Shown: piece after piece, positions 37,752 to 50,919 of the stretch
Layout of the letters: each line of letters starts with the position of its first letter
How positions within the stretch are numbered: position 1 is the first letter of the stretch
Assembly (NCBI RefSeq): GCF_001447785.1
Contig: NW_015160231.1
Coordinates: 62,001 to 126,000, forward strand
Source of the DNA: Gekko japonicus
Taxonomy: Eukaryota
Length of the DNA: 64,000 nt
Direction: 5' to 3'
Translations under genes and position numbers: made by a program
Notes under the pieces: model-generated
What the model was told of the DNA's origin: nothing
Databases searched by the model: none
The model's input: only the letters and a program-made list of their open reading frames with translations

Positions 37752-39069
37752 CATTTCTCCTTGCTAGAAAATCGCGTGCAATAATGCATCATTTTGTATG
37801 CTGTTTTATGTCTGGATTTTTATTCCGCTTGATGCTCTATGTTTTAATTGGCTGGGTTTTTAACGGTTCTTAACTCTAGTGATTTCATGTTGTAATTATT
37901 TTATCTTGTGAGTCACCTTGAGGTGACTCTGCAGAAGTGGGACATAAATTCTTCAAATGAATAAACAGTTACCAGAGCACTTTCATCAAGCAATGGTTTG
38001 GGTGGCCCAAGCAACTGAATGATGATTTACACACGCATGCTGTGGAGTCGGAAAACAGGCTGCGTGCAGCTGTTTCTTAACTTTCTACTTTACTTTTCAT
38101 TACCCTTCCTGATAAATATCTCACGGCCAAGGTCACCTTAAGGGAAATAGTCGTAAGGCCCTTCTGTGTGCTTCCCTGGCGGCGTAATTGGCAGTGAGCA
38201 AATGCGTAGGGACAGCTCCCCGGCAGGGACGTTTTTGAATAAAGGTACAGTAAATAGCCTGCAGCCCCAGAGGCATATTAGGAAAAAGATAGCACTGCAG
38301 TTTCTGCACAGAGAAGAGCGTTCTGCACCGTTAAATAATCTCTCTGGGGTTGGGACTCAACAAGGAAATAGTTACAAAAGTCACATCAGAACCCCCAAAC
38401 CTCATCCCTAGCCTCCCCCCCCCCGCCAAAGAAGACAATACCATAACTTTTTTTAAAAAGAGTACATATGGCACAGTTCCGAAAGTTAAGCACAATTAGG
38501 GGTGAATCATATATGAGTGTGTAAACTGATTCATCTCCTGAGTTTTGATGACTTGTCGTTGACAGTGAGATTTCTCTCCACTAGAAGAATTACTGTGCAG
38601 GTCCTGGGGATGCTATGAAAGCTCCATCTGTTGTGCTTCATCTGCAATGACAACTCTTTCACCCAGATGCATGAACTGAGACCTCAGTGCAATTGAAAGC
38701 AATGGGCTAAGTCAATGCAGCTCTGCTGATTTCAGTGGGACTAAAGCACACAGCCCTTTTTTGGCTTGCGCTGATCCGTTCTGGACAAAGGAGCACATAT
38801 GATTAAATGGAGTTCCTTACCTGCAATGGCTTCTCTGTTTATTTCAGTTTTGTACATGCAAAAAGTACACTCAACATATCTTTTTTTGCTGCAAGTAATA
38901 AGGGAAACCTGCGGGTGCACTGTCCTGTGAACAAACAATCATGGATTTCTGTGTGATAAAGACAGCAGTATTAATTGCAAATCGCTTTAAAACTGTTTCA
39001 ATACAGACTTCATCATTGACATTAGCTGCACTCTAATTGCATCTTTGCATACTGATAGTTCAGGCAGAC

Positions 39070-39292
39070 CTATAACAGATAGTACAAAAAAGAAGGTAGC
39101 TGCACAGTCCAGGGACCAAATGAAAGAGAAACTATGCAGAGTATAATGTTCAATAGATTAAGTGTGTATATATTGTGATATAATAAATTTGGGATTGATA
39201 CATCTTTATTATATCACAGTATATACACCCTTAATCTATTGAACATTGTATTCTGCACAATTCCCCTTTCATTCGGTCTATAACAGATAGTA
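39070..39292. mobile_element. Hairpin insertion with 15-bp flanking direct repeats (possibly Penelope-derived)
   Basis: CTATAACAGATAGTA at 39070-39084 and 39278-39292; ~75 bp inverted arms spanning 39114-39278. Confidence 0.7.
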
Positions 39293-40608
39293 GCAGCAGG
39301 TCAATATAGAAATAAAGTCCTTCAAAAGTTACAGTTTCCAATAGAAGAAGAATTGATGTTTTCAATGCCACAAAACAGTTTTATTTACTTATTGTAAGTT
39401 TATTATGTTTCTCTTTGGGATGGGGTCTTCTCAGGGTTTAATTTCATTAAACAATTATTCATTGAATTTATGTGTATTCTGTAAGCTTGACTGATTCCTG
39501 GCATGCAGCATTTCTGTGTAATCTAAGGATGTTTCAGAGCGAATGAGAGTTGTAAAAGGTAATGTGAAAAAGTGTCTCATAAAATATAAAACGTCTTTAA
39601 AAAATTGAGGCCTGATCCACCTACTGTTAGACACTTTTAAATACACTTTATTTCGAAGGAATTAAGTGTGTGCTTAAATCTCCTAGTGAAATCCATTAGA
39701 ATTAAAAGTACTTTAATTTTGGTTGGATCATGCCCCTTAAGCATGTGCAGCGCAAACTCCATAACTTTCACAAAAGGCCACTCTGGTGTCTCAAAGTAAT
39801 GTACCATGTTAGTGAAGAATGGTTAAATGGGTTACAAAAAGAGAAGTTGTTTCTCTTTGGAAACATAAACTGCGAAACAGAATATATTGTCAAATAAATC
39901 ACAGCCTTTGGTTTAGTAGAGATCTATTGCACAGTGAATTAAGGATTTCTAGATAATCAACAATATGAAATCAGCAGAGCGGATATTGTACAGGTACTTC
40001 AGACTTTTCCAGTATTCCCAGATCTCCCCTCAGCTACCAAATCTAATTAATCAGGTAATGGATCATAAAGGTTCTTTGTTAAGGACTTAAGCCCTCATTA
40101 ACAGCCAGAGCCCAGTGTTCTCTGTGATGTAACTCAAGGTAAAAGCCGACAGAAATAAGTAATTCTCGTTCACTGTCTGATTTCTGAACTGTATTTGCAA
40201 CTTGCTGACTTCCCCCCCTCTTTATCACGGGGAAGGAAAATAAGTTATGTTTCCTCCAGTGTGCAAGCAGAATAATATGATTTGATCAATCCAGCATTAC
40301 TAATACCTGAAATGACTCATGCTATTGGAGGCAACATTATCCGGCCCATTTTCAAATCCTGTTGTACCATTTTCCTTTTCCAATTTCTCTCCGCTATGAA
40401 TGTGACAGCAGTGAATTTCTCCCATTGGGTCAACGCCTTTGAAAGGTATTACATTACTGAAACCCAGGGAAAACCTGACGAAGCTCACTCAGCATTTCTG
40501 CAGTGGCTAGCTAGCACATTGTGAAGACCTTGGGTCCTGTTATTAGTCAATGTGGAATGTTTCCAGCAAGAGTCGATAAGTAGTATTTGATAAGTAGTGG
40601 GATTGCTC

Positions 40609-40790
40609 CACGCTCACATAAGGTATATATTGCAAAATGAATGTTCACACTGAGGAGTATTCGTTAGTGTGTGAGCGATGACAGGCGGATATTCCTTACA
40701 CGCTCACATAAAGTATATATTGCAAAACGAATGTTCACATTGCGCAGTATTCATTAGCATGTGAGCGATGACAGACGGATATTCCTTACA
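40609..40790. repeat. Two-copy 90-bp tandem repeat
   Basis: CACGCTCACATAA.GTATATATTGCAAAA...TGTGAGCGATGACAG.CGGATATTCCTTA occurs twice with several substitutions. Confidence 0.85.
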
Positions 40791-43700
40791 GAACTACAGA
40801 AATACTTCAGTAAATGTTTTTGCAACTTATCTTTATTGACTCTTCGTTATTTTTATCACGGATGTTGTTTTTGGAGTTCCAACATAGTTTCTTTAGCAGG
40901 GTTGCCAACACGAAATTCCTGGATATTTGGGCATGGTGCCTGGGGAGGGTGGATTTTGGGGAGGGGAGGGAGCTCAATGGGGACGTGATGCCATAGAGTC
41001 TGCTCTCTGGGGCTGCGATTTCCTTCAGAGGAAACTGATCTCTGACTGGAGATCAGTTGTAAATCCAAGAAAATGACAGGCCCTGCCTTGAGGTGGATAA
41101 ACTTACTCTTTGCGAACAATGTACAGTTCAAGAATTTTAAAAGTTTCTCTAAACTGAATGGCCTGAGCATCCACATTGGGTAGGGTTGCCAACCTCCAGA
41201 TGGTAGCTGGAGATCTCCTGGGATTACAACTGATCTCCAGGCAAGAGAGATCACCTCAGGAAAATGGCCGCTTTGGAAGGTGGACTGTATGGCATTATAC
41301 CCCTATTGAAGTCTCTCTTCTCCCTAAATCCCGCCCCTCCTCAGGCTTCACCTCCATAATCTCCAGGTATTTCCCAACCCTGAGTTAGAACAGCTCTGAC
41401 CCAGAGCCAGTGTGGCATTTGCAAACCTTGAGGAGACACTAGGATTTCTGTGTGTGGCACTCCCAGCATTTAGTCTCTTTGAAATAGGTGCTGTGCACTG
41501 CCCTCGTTCAGATTAGGACCTTAAAATGGATAGAAATGAAAGTCTCCATGCTGGTGATGGCACCTGGTATTTCTGGCCACTGTGTGACACAGAGTGTTGG
41601 ACTGGATGGGCCATTGGCCTGATCCAACATTGGCATCTCTTATGTTCTTATGTTCGTACTGCCATTTCCCCCACTGGACAAACATTTTTATTTATTTTTA
41701 TTTTTATTTTATTGATTGATTGATTGATTGATTGGACTTTTACCCCGCCCTCCCGCCAAAGCGGCTCAGGGCGGCTTATAATTATTAAAAAACAGTATAC
41801 AATTAATAACATACAAGTCCTGACACAGGAGGGGCATGTTTTCTCTAACAGGGATAATAACAGGCCTGCAGAAATGTTTTGCGTCAGAAAAGGGTAGGGA
41901 GAAGCTTAGAAAAGCCCTTTCCCACACTAGTCCTCGTCCCAACAGGGGGCCTGGAAACTCTGGGGACTCCATACATAAAACTCCCATCATCTCATATACT
42001 TTAGCCCTAAACCAGGGAGAGACAGGTTCAGACCAAAGCTTACTGAGTGACCTTGAGTCAGTCATTATCTCTCAACATCATATTGTTTGCAGGGTTGCTA
42101 TGAGGATATGAGAGGGAATTATAAATTACTCTGAGATTTTTGGAGGAAAGGTAAGATGGGGAGGAGCCCTATGCAGCCAGACCCAAGGTGAATCTATGCC
42201 CTGGAACTTACTACCATACTGCTAGTCTTCCCCCTGCCCCAAATTCTCTCTTTCTCTGGTTTGAGTTGTTCATGTATGTTCTAGTAGAGAGATTACCCCT
42301 CAGGTGTCATACTCATGCGTTTGCTTCTCCAGCACAGCCATTTCATGCATCATTTCCCTGGTTCTCCCTCTGTTCACAGTAGACTTATTCATTGCCTGAT
42401 GCTGGTCCTTCTGTCAGGAACTGCCCTCAGATCGGGGTCCGGCTAGCTGGCGGGAGGACCCCGGGAATCGCGAGGTTCCAGCTGACGCAGCCTCAGATGT
42501 GGGAGAGCCCTCCGTTCTTTGCACTGAGGGGTCTCTCTTCAGTCTGGAGGTTCGGGGCACAGTGTTGTGCCACAGCTTTCACCCACATGCACATCCATTT
42601 TGATTTCATCCTCCCTGGCCACACCCTGCTTCCTCCTCTTTATTTCCCCTAGCCCCTGCTCCAGCCTATAGCAGAGTGGCCATGGGTCCCGTGGGATTCC
42701 CTCTTCCCTCCCTGGGAATCCATCCCATGTGTTGCCGATCAACCCCGTAATGTTGACCTCCTCAGGCCTCACCATTCCATCCTCCTTGGATTGCAGGTAT
42801 GCCTCTCTCTGGCTGGGTCACAGGAACGCCTGGCCCTCCGTGCCTGGCCCAAACTCGTCAAATCTACAGGTATTTCCCAACCCAGAGTTGGCAACCCTGT
42901 AACTGGCTATGGAACCACTTTCCAGACCCTTGGAACCTAGAAGACATGGCATAGGAGGAGGTGCTTTTCTACCTTAGCTGCCACTGCATAACCCCAAATC
43001 AACATGAGTCAGGGGTGGAGGGAACCATACCTGTCACCATGACACTGTCCTTCCATACTACCCACTTGGGGCAGCAAAATGATTTGAGACAGCCCTGCCT
43101 TATAGCTAAGCAGAAGGAAATAAACATGGCTTGCCTCCCTCTATTTTCCCCTTCCCTCTGCCACCCCACCAGCCACAGTCGGAACACTCACCTGGAGCTT
43201 CCTTCCAGAGCTCGTTGTATTTCTTCCCACAACGGGCCTTACTCCTAGTTTAACAGCAATGTTCATAGGAGATTGGCACATAGAACAAGGCCTCTTTTGA
43301 TTATTTTATTGGATGCAAGGATTCATATGGAGAGCTGGTATAGTATAGTAATTAGAACAGTGATTCCAGTGTGGCACCTTTGGGCATGTGGCACCTACCA
43401 ATGGGTTTTGTGGCACCCATTTGCTTCTCTTCCTCAAAGTAAATAGCCAGTCCTGGCTTTCCTTCACCTTGCAGAAGGGAAACACCCATTCAGAGTAGCT
43501 CCTCCATTGCAGGAGGATGCTTTGCTCGCAACTTCCCAACTCTTTGTGACAAGTGCCAGTACGCCCTGCCAGCCATTTTGTGGTGACACCCACTCCATAT
43601 TCTCAAAGTTGGGGACCCTCCAAGCAAAAGTGTCAGACTAGGACTAGGAGATTTTGGTTCCTCTGTCTCACACTCATAAAGCTCAGGATGACTGTGGGCC

Positions 43701-43946
43701 AGTCACTCTCTTATCAGCTGAATCAATCTCACAAGCTTGTTGAAAGAGGAGGATAAAAACCTAACAGACAGATATGAGGGCATGAACGCCTAAAATATGG
43801 GAAGTCAGAGCACCAGTACTTTGTTGAGCTCCCCTCAAAGACAACCCAGAAATATCAACTCATGCAAAATGTGGCTTCTCTGTTGTTACCTATTTATTCA
43901 TGTATATTCTTTACAGTCTGCCTTTCTCATTGAGACTCAAGGCAGA

Positions 43947-44462
43947 TGACATCTGGAGTTAGCCATAAAGCACATAGTACAGCTGTGTTGAAGTAACTTC
44001 ATGGTTTCCTAACTGAATGTGTGCTGGTTTTTATCTTTAAAGCTCTCAGGGGGGCATACACCTGGACCATCTCTCCCTAAATAAACCTGGGCACCAGTTA
44101 CATTCCTCTAACTGGATGCTGCTTGTGGTCCCCTAGCCCTTGTTAAGACCAGACACACACACACTCCCTACAGTGTAATCCTAAGCAGCGTTACACACTT
44201 CTGGGCCTGTTGACTTTAATGGACTTAGAAGAATGTAACTGACATCTGGAGTTAGCCATAAAGCACATAGTACAGCTGTGTTGAAGTAACTTCATGGTTT
44301 CCTAACTGAATGTGTGCTGGTTTTTATCTTTAAAGCTCTCAGGGGGGCATACACCTGGACCATCTCTCCCTAAATAAACCTGGGCACCAGTTACATTCCT
44401 CTAACTGGATGCTGCTTGTGGTCCCCTAGCCCTTGTTAAGACCAGACACACACACACTCCCT
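43947..44462. repeat. Apparently exact 223-bp duplication around a 72-bp spacer copied from 45273-45344; probable assembly artefact
   Basis: 43947-44169 matches 44240-44462 with no differences seen; the spacer matches the palindromic MITE at 45273. Confidence 0.85.
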
Positions 44463-45272
44463 TGAGAAGCCTTTTGGATTGTAGCCTCACTGTTGTAGAA
44501 TCATCTGCTGGAAGAGGTAAGAAGGGCTGCTTTGTTGCTGACCTTTTGAAAGGGTTCTGTGACTTGGTTTGGGGTAGATGGCTGGAGAATGGGAGTGTGG
44601 GGTATGAGGTGGGTCTTCATCTTTTAGGGCAAATTAAGATATTAGTGTTATTACTTTTGTGTGTGTGTTGTGTTTTTATTGTTGCAATGGATACCATAGG
44701 CTATTTTTTTTTCTGAGTCACCTTAAATATTTTGAAAGAAAGGTGGGGTGCAAATATAAAGTTTCATTAGGTTCAGTTCCTTACCAGTGCATGCCCCTCT
44801 CATACATCACTTTCTCAAATGCTTTTCATTCCCCATTCCTACCTTCTAGATACCAATGTTGTGTCTAGTTTTTAGAAACTGGAAACAAAGGCCCATTTAA
44901 TTTGCTCTTCCTTCCACCCCATGTTGTGATTACTGCAAATCGATTCTCTGACTGACTTGCCCTTTATGACAGAAGAGAAAATCCCTGATCCAACCAGGTC
45001 TTGTTTTAGCCACACTGGATGCCAGAAAGCCATTTATCCCACTGTCCCAATTCTTCCAAAGTACTTGATGACATAAACAGCAAAATTCTCAGTAGCCAAA
45101 GGTCACACAGTCAGGTAAATACCAATGGCAAGTCTAAGCGCTGGTGAAAGAAAAAACAGTGGCACATCCGTTCAATCTCCCTTGGCAACAGCATCCTCCT
45201 AACAGAAATGCTGCCAAGTAATGGGATGTTTGAAGAGCATCATTGTCGTCATAAGCATTTCTAGAGCACTTT

Positions 45273-45363
45273 TACAGTGTAATCCTAAGCAGCGTTACAC
45301 ACTTCTGGGCCTGTTGACTTTAATGGACTTAGAAGAATGTAACTCTGCTTAGGATGGCCCTGT
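45273..45363. mobile_element. Short palindromic MITE (ATCCTAAGCAG...CTGCTTAGGAT family); also ~38690, ~39610, ~52290
   Basis: Self-complementary ~90 bp unit centred on TTGACTTTAATGG. Confidence 0.7.
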
Positions 45364-46235
45364 TAGCGTGTTTAAGGGAGACGCACTGCCTTCGCAACAT
45401 TGTGAGGCAGGCGCCAGGGTCTTCATGATGTAGATGGGAGGGCGGACAGGGCCTGCCGCTGAAGGAGCATGCCTTGCCTAGGGCCTCCCATTGAGTTCCC
45501 TTTGCGAGAGACCAGTGTGTTCCACTTAGCACTGGAGAAATTTGGGTAAGCGCTGCATTTTGCAATCACAAAGGGAGAAGATTGCTTTTTTCCTCACTGG
45601 CTTTGCACCAGCAGTCTCGGTATAACTCAAAAACCCTGAGAACAACGAGGAGCTCAGATTTCAGTTAGCAAAACTGAACAAGGACTGGTTAAATCGCCAC
45701 CTCTCCCTACCGTATGGCCCTATTCCAAATCAGTCCTTTCCATTAAATTTGCCGTTTGCAGGCAGTCAGAGATCCACAATCTTTTTGTAGCCTCACATCC
45801 CATATTCCATTTTAAGACTATACAATTTGGACTCAGGCCCTTTCCATCTTGTCTTGAAACCACTTAGGGTTGCCAAATCGACTTAACTTGGCCAGCAGGG
45901 GTCTCCCGACATCCTTCCGGGAGACCAGGGGGTGACACTCTGGTGTGGCTTCAAATCATAGTGTTTTGCCCAAATACCCAGGGGCGTAGACTTTCCAATT
46001 TCCCGGGGGGGGCTGGGGCTGGGCCTGGGTCAGAGGCATTGTTGTGCTAGAAGCAAGGGTGGCTGGAACCAGTTGCCCCTGGGCAGGGGTCTTTTCATAG
46101 AATAAGAGCTGCAGGAGCTCATTAGCATAACTCATTAGCATATGTTTTCTCTTCCCCATCTCCTTTTCTTGGTATCAGACGCCCAACGTGATGAAGAATC
46201 CTAGAGGACTCAGAAACTTGCTCACTGTTTTATGA

Positions 46236-48774
46236 TATTTTTAGTTGGTCATAATGCAAGACATTTGTATATACAAGATACCACCTTTTACATTGTGGTC
46301 ATGGCTTCCCCAGTCACACCTCTCCCTCTTTCCCAGTACACACCTCATTTAAACAGTAAGGCTTTTTGGCAACAATTTAATGGAGAATGATGGAGAATGA
46401 ATGCCCATGGGAAGATGCAGCGTTGTAGTAGCAAGCAGCTAGTTTAGCCTATGTGCACTCACTAGAAAATGCAGACAGGTCCTCTAGGTGTACAGCTGCC
46501 TCTCATCTCAGTTGGGAACCTACCTCTCCCCCACCATGGTTTCCAGCATGCAGAGATCTGGCAATGCACGTGCACCTAAGTACACACACACTTGTACACA
46601 TGCATAATGTTCAATGAATGCATGCTAAATCAGGACAGAGCTCACTTCCACAACCGCCCTACCCTCCTGCAGGTGATCTTGTCACCTGAAAAGGGCTGAT
46701 GTTGTTGCCTCAAACTGCCCATTGCAACCAAAATGCATACGCAGAAAATTCCTGTAGGCGGGGTCCTGGAGACATTGTTCCCCTCATTTCACTTCTCTGT
46801 CTTTTCCCCTTAGCCCCACCACATTCCAGATGACTTAATTTTCTAAGAAGATGGGTGGAAAAGACAGCTCTGGTGTCGTTAGTCTAATGAGAACCGAGGG
46901 AGGCTCTCACTTCACCAGGATAATTGGTCAGAACTTTCTTGTGACATTTCGCAGCTTCTCTCCCCTGCCACAGTTGACACCCATTGTTTTTGTTCGCTTT
47001 TTCGCCTTCCCCCCTCCCACAGTTTGAAGTGGAAGGGAAAGTGGAAGGAGAGAAACATTTGCTGCTCTAAATTTAACAAAACGGGAGGGAAAGCACAATC
47101 CCTAACTGCCACTGCAAGCAATGGACTGCTGGAGAGAGCCTCAGCAGCAGGGAGGCCGGGGCGGGAGATTCGGCCGGCGGGCGGGCGGGCTTGAGCCTGG
47201 GTGTTGTGTGTGTGTGTGGCGACAGCCTGGCTAGCAGCCTCCCTCCCTCCCGCGCAGCGGCAGCGGCACCGAGGGCTGGCGTGTGCCTCCCAGTCGGCGT
47301 CCCCAGGGACCGGCGGCGGCACTTTGTTCGGGATGCTGCCGCCGCCGCGGCCACCTTCCGCCGTCTCCATTGTGAATGGGAAGTGAGCATCCGGCTGGCT
47401 CCCCTCCCTCCAGGCGTCGCCAGCTGAAGAAGGAGGCGATGGCAATGTGGCGCTGACGCCCACGCGGCGGAGGGACTTCGGCCGAGTGGGGGCAGTCTGC
47501 TCACACGTGTTCCCCACAGCGGCCGCAGGGCCGCTCTCGGCGGGGGCGGGGCTGGGGCCGGGCGTCTTCCTTCGCGGCGGGCGGTCCCTTTTCCAAGACT
47601 CCCTCCCTCTGGCAGAGTCCGCCGCGGGCCCGCAGTCTGCTGCTGGGCCAGCTCCTCCCTGCCTGGGGAGGCGGCCCCGCGAGCACCAGCTCGGCTCTCT
47701 TCCGGGTCGGCCATAACTTGGATGCTTCGGAGGGCGAGGGGTGGGCGGGGCTTCTGGGGAAATTTCGGGGGGGCGCTAGCCCCCCAGCCCCCGCGAAGAT
47801 TACGCCGGTGCTACTGTGAGCTACTGGGATTAAAGTTGTGAGCAGGTAGTTTGGCTGCTGCATAAAATTAGTTTGCTCTGGAGTCACCCTTGCTGAGTAT
47901 TTTTAGTTGGTCATAATGCAAGACATTTGTATATACAAGATACCACCTTTTACATTGTGGTCATGGCTTCCCCAGTCACACCTCTCCCTCTTTCCCAGTA
48001 CACACCTCATTTAAACAGTAAGGCTTTTTGGCAACAATTTAATGGAGAATGATGGAGAATGAATGCCCATGGGAAGATGCAGCGTTGTAGTAGCAAGCAG
48101 CTAGTTTAGCCTATGTGCACTCACTAGAAAATGCAGACAGGTCCTCTAGGTGTACAGCTGCCTCTCATCTCAGTTGGGAACCTACCTCTCCCCCACCATG
48201 GTTTCCAGCATGCAGAGATCTGGCAATGCACATGCACCTAAGTACACACACACTTGTACACATGCATGCTAGATCAGGACAGAGCTCACTTCCACAACCG
48301 TCCTACCCTCCTGCAGGTGATCTTGTCACCTGAAAAGGGCTGATGTTGTTGCCTCAAACTGCCCATTGCAACCAAAATGCATATGCAGAAAATTCCTGTA
48401 GGCGGGGTCCTGAAGACATCGTTCCCCTCATTTCACTTCTCTGTCTTTTCCCCTTAGCCCCACCACATTCCAGATGACTTAATTTTCTAAGAAGATGGGT
48501 GGAAAAGACAGCTCTGGTGTCGTTAGTCTAATGAGAACCGAGGGAGGCTCTCACTTCACCAGGATAATTGGTCAGAACTTTCTTGTGACATTTCGCAGCT
48601 TCTCTCCCCTGCCACAGTTGACACCCATTGTTTTTGTTCGCTTTTTCGCCTTCCCCCCTCCCACAGTTTGAAGTGGAAGGGAAAGTGGAAGGAGATAAAC
48701 ATTTGCTGCTCTAAATTTAACAAAACGGGAGGGAAAGCACAATCCCTAACTGCCACTGCAAGCAATGGACTGCT
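46236..48774. repeat. Direct repeats 46236-47130 and 47898-48774 flanking a CpG-rich insert
   Basis: Copies differ by one 18-bp indel and a handful of SNPs. Confidence 0.9.
47131..47810. promoter_or_regulatory. CpG island with promoter-like motifs, host gene unidentified; placement suspect
   Basis: Very GC/CpG rich; GC boxes, E-box CACGTG ~47504, EGR site CGCCCACGC ~47457, ETS CCGGAAG (-) ~47700, GCC runs typical of 5'UTRs. Flanked by ~880 bp direct repeats. Confidence 0.5.
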
Positions 48775-48849
48775 TACAAAGAAGTAGATTTGGGTCCCAA
48801 ACCAGGACAGTTACGGGTACTTAAGCCACTTGAAATCAGTGCTGGTATT

Positions 48850-49030
48850 GTGGCCAAATCAAGCCTGAATTCTCCCTATAAGCCAAAACGTCTAAACTGA
48901 AGCAATGGCACATTATGAGAAGACAAGAGTCCCTGGAACAGACAATCATTTTAGGAAAAGTTGAAGGCAGCAGGACAAGAGGAAGACCCAACATGAGATG
49001 GATCGACTCAATGGAGGAAGCCACGAGGGC
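48850..49030 (+). mobile_element. RTE-clade LINE 3' ORF fragment
   Basis: Reads GHIMRRQESLEQTIILGKVEGSRTRGRPNMRWIDSMEEAT, the RTE/Bov-B-type C-terminus. Confidence 0.85.
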
Positions 49031-50484
49031 CCTCCGTTTGCGAGCCTTCCCTTCTCCCACAGTTTGAAGTGGAAGGAGGAAAAAAATTGCTGCTCTAAAT
49101 TTAACAAAACGGGAGGGAAAGCATAAAAGAGGAGGGAAAGCTGTTCTGCCAGGCATTTGGTTGAGGCGGCAGGCGCCCAATCCATTCTGGGGCCCCTGTC
49201 CCGTCCACGCTTATGACCTTTTCCAGTGCCCTACTGTCCTGGATGCTACCTGGGCACTGGAATTCCTTGGGGTAATGACTTTATGAGGCATGAGTTTTCA
49301 GTTGTACCTGCTATTGCTATTTATTGCTTTACTGTTTGTTGATTTTATGTTGTGAGCCGCCCTAGAGCCCATTTCCTGGGGTAGGGCGGGGGTATACATT
49401 TAATAAATAAATAAGACCTGAGCGAGGCTGTTAACAACAGGGCATTTGGGAGGTTCTTAATTCATAGGGTCACCAAAAGTTGGAAGTGACTTGACGACAC
49501 TTCACACACACACACCTGTTGGGGATGTTATTGTACAGAGCTCTGATTATCCTGATTTCCTTGGGCTCTGATAGCCAGAGTGGTGTCGTGGTTAGAGGGT
49601 CAGACTCAGAGCTGGAAGGGCCCAGTTTTGAATCCCCACTGTCGCCATGGAAGCTTGCTGGATGACTTTGGGGCAGTGACACACTCTCAGCCCTGACCTA
49701 CATCGCAGGGTTGTTTGGAGGGTAACATGGAGGAGAGGAAAACAATGTAAGCCCCTTTGGGTCTCCGCTGGATAAGAAGTCAGGGCATACCCAAAGTAAA
49801 TAAATAATGTGACACTTGCACTGCAGTCCCAGCTCTGTACACATGGCATCGTGGGTACAGGGCCACGCACACGGGATGGGAGCAGGGCCCTGGTGTGCTG
49901 GCCCCACCATAACATGACTATTCACATGCATCTGAATTCACATGTCTTCTTGGTGCTTGGGGGGGGGTCAACAGTGGGAGGGCTTCGAATGTCCTGGCCC
50001 CACTGGTGGACCTCCTGATGGCACCTGGTATTTCTGGCCACTGTGTGACACAGAGTGTTGGACTGGATGGGCCTTTGGCCTGATCCAACATTGGCGTCTC
50101 TTATGTTCTTATGTTTCATTCCTGTGACTGGGAAGCAGTGGTCCCAGCCATGAGGATGGAACGCAGAGGCGTGGTGCCCATACTGAGACACAAATGTCTG
50201 TAGCCGAGGGTGGGGCGCATTAGATATTCCCTCCAGCCCACTCTGTATCCCATGGAAACTATCAAAAGCATTAAAAACATGAGATGCTTGTAGCGAATAA
50301 CGGCCTCGCTCCCATTTCCCCCTTCTCTATGCCCATCACCTGAACGCACCCAAGGGCTCTCTCTGCCCCAGGACTTTGGTCGGCTTGCTTTTGCGGGGAA
50401 AGAAAAGAAAGAAACCACTTAAGACGAATGAGGTTGCTATAAGCTCACCATAGGAATAAAGGGGGGGGGGTCATCTGTGAGAAT

Positions 50485-50691
50485 CAATGTTCCCTCTAAG
50501 CTGTGGAGTCTTGTGAGCAAAAATTCTACTTTGTGAGCTACTGGTATTAAAGTTGTGAGCAGGTGATTTGGCTACTGCATACATTAGTTTGCTCTGGAGC
50601 CATCCCTCCTGAGCTTAAGACAAAAATATGTGAGCCAGAGGCTAAAAAACTGTGAGCTAGCTCACACTAACTCAGCTTAGAGGGAACACTG
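50485..50691 (-). mobile_element. hAT MITE (CAGTGTTCCCTCTAAG family)
   Basis: TIRs plus perfect 8-bp TSD GTGAGAAT. Confidence 0.93.
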
Positions 50692-50919
50692 GTGAGAATT
50701 ACTGTCTCTATGGCAATGGTTTGATTCCGTGCAATCCTCAAAACATTGTGTTGCTTCGGTGGGGTGGGTTGGGGGGAGATGTGCTGTAGACCTTTTGAAA
50801 CCATTTGGGAAAAACGGGACTGGAGAGAGAGTGCACAGGGTGTGGGGGGGTGAAGCACCCTCGATATTTTGCCTTTAAAATTTTTCCAATATTCAAGTAA
50901 CTGAAGAGCAGGGGGCAGA

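Noticed and set aside
42390-42860. GC-rich segment as an exon or promoter
   Set aside because: It looks more like an LTR/TE remnant beside a MITE end, but termini and TSD could not be defined, so it is not called.
46912-47887. 200-aa ORFs in the GC-rich island
   Set aside because: Stop-poor GC-rich DNA gives ORFs in several frames; no recognisable domain, and they cross a suspect junction.
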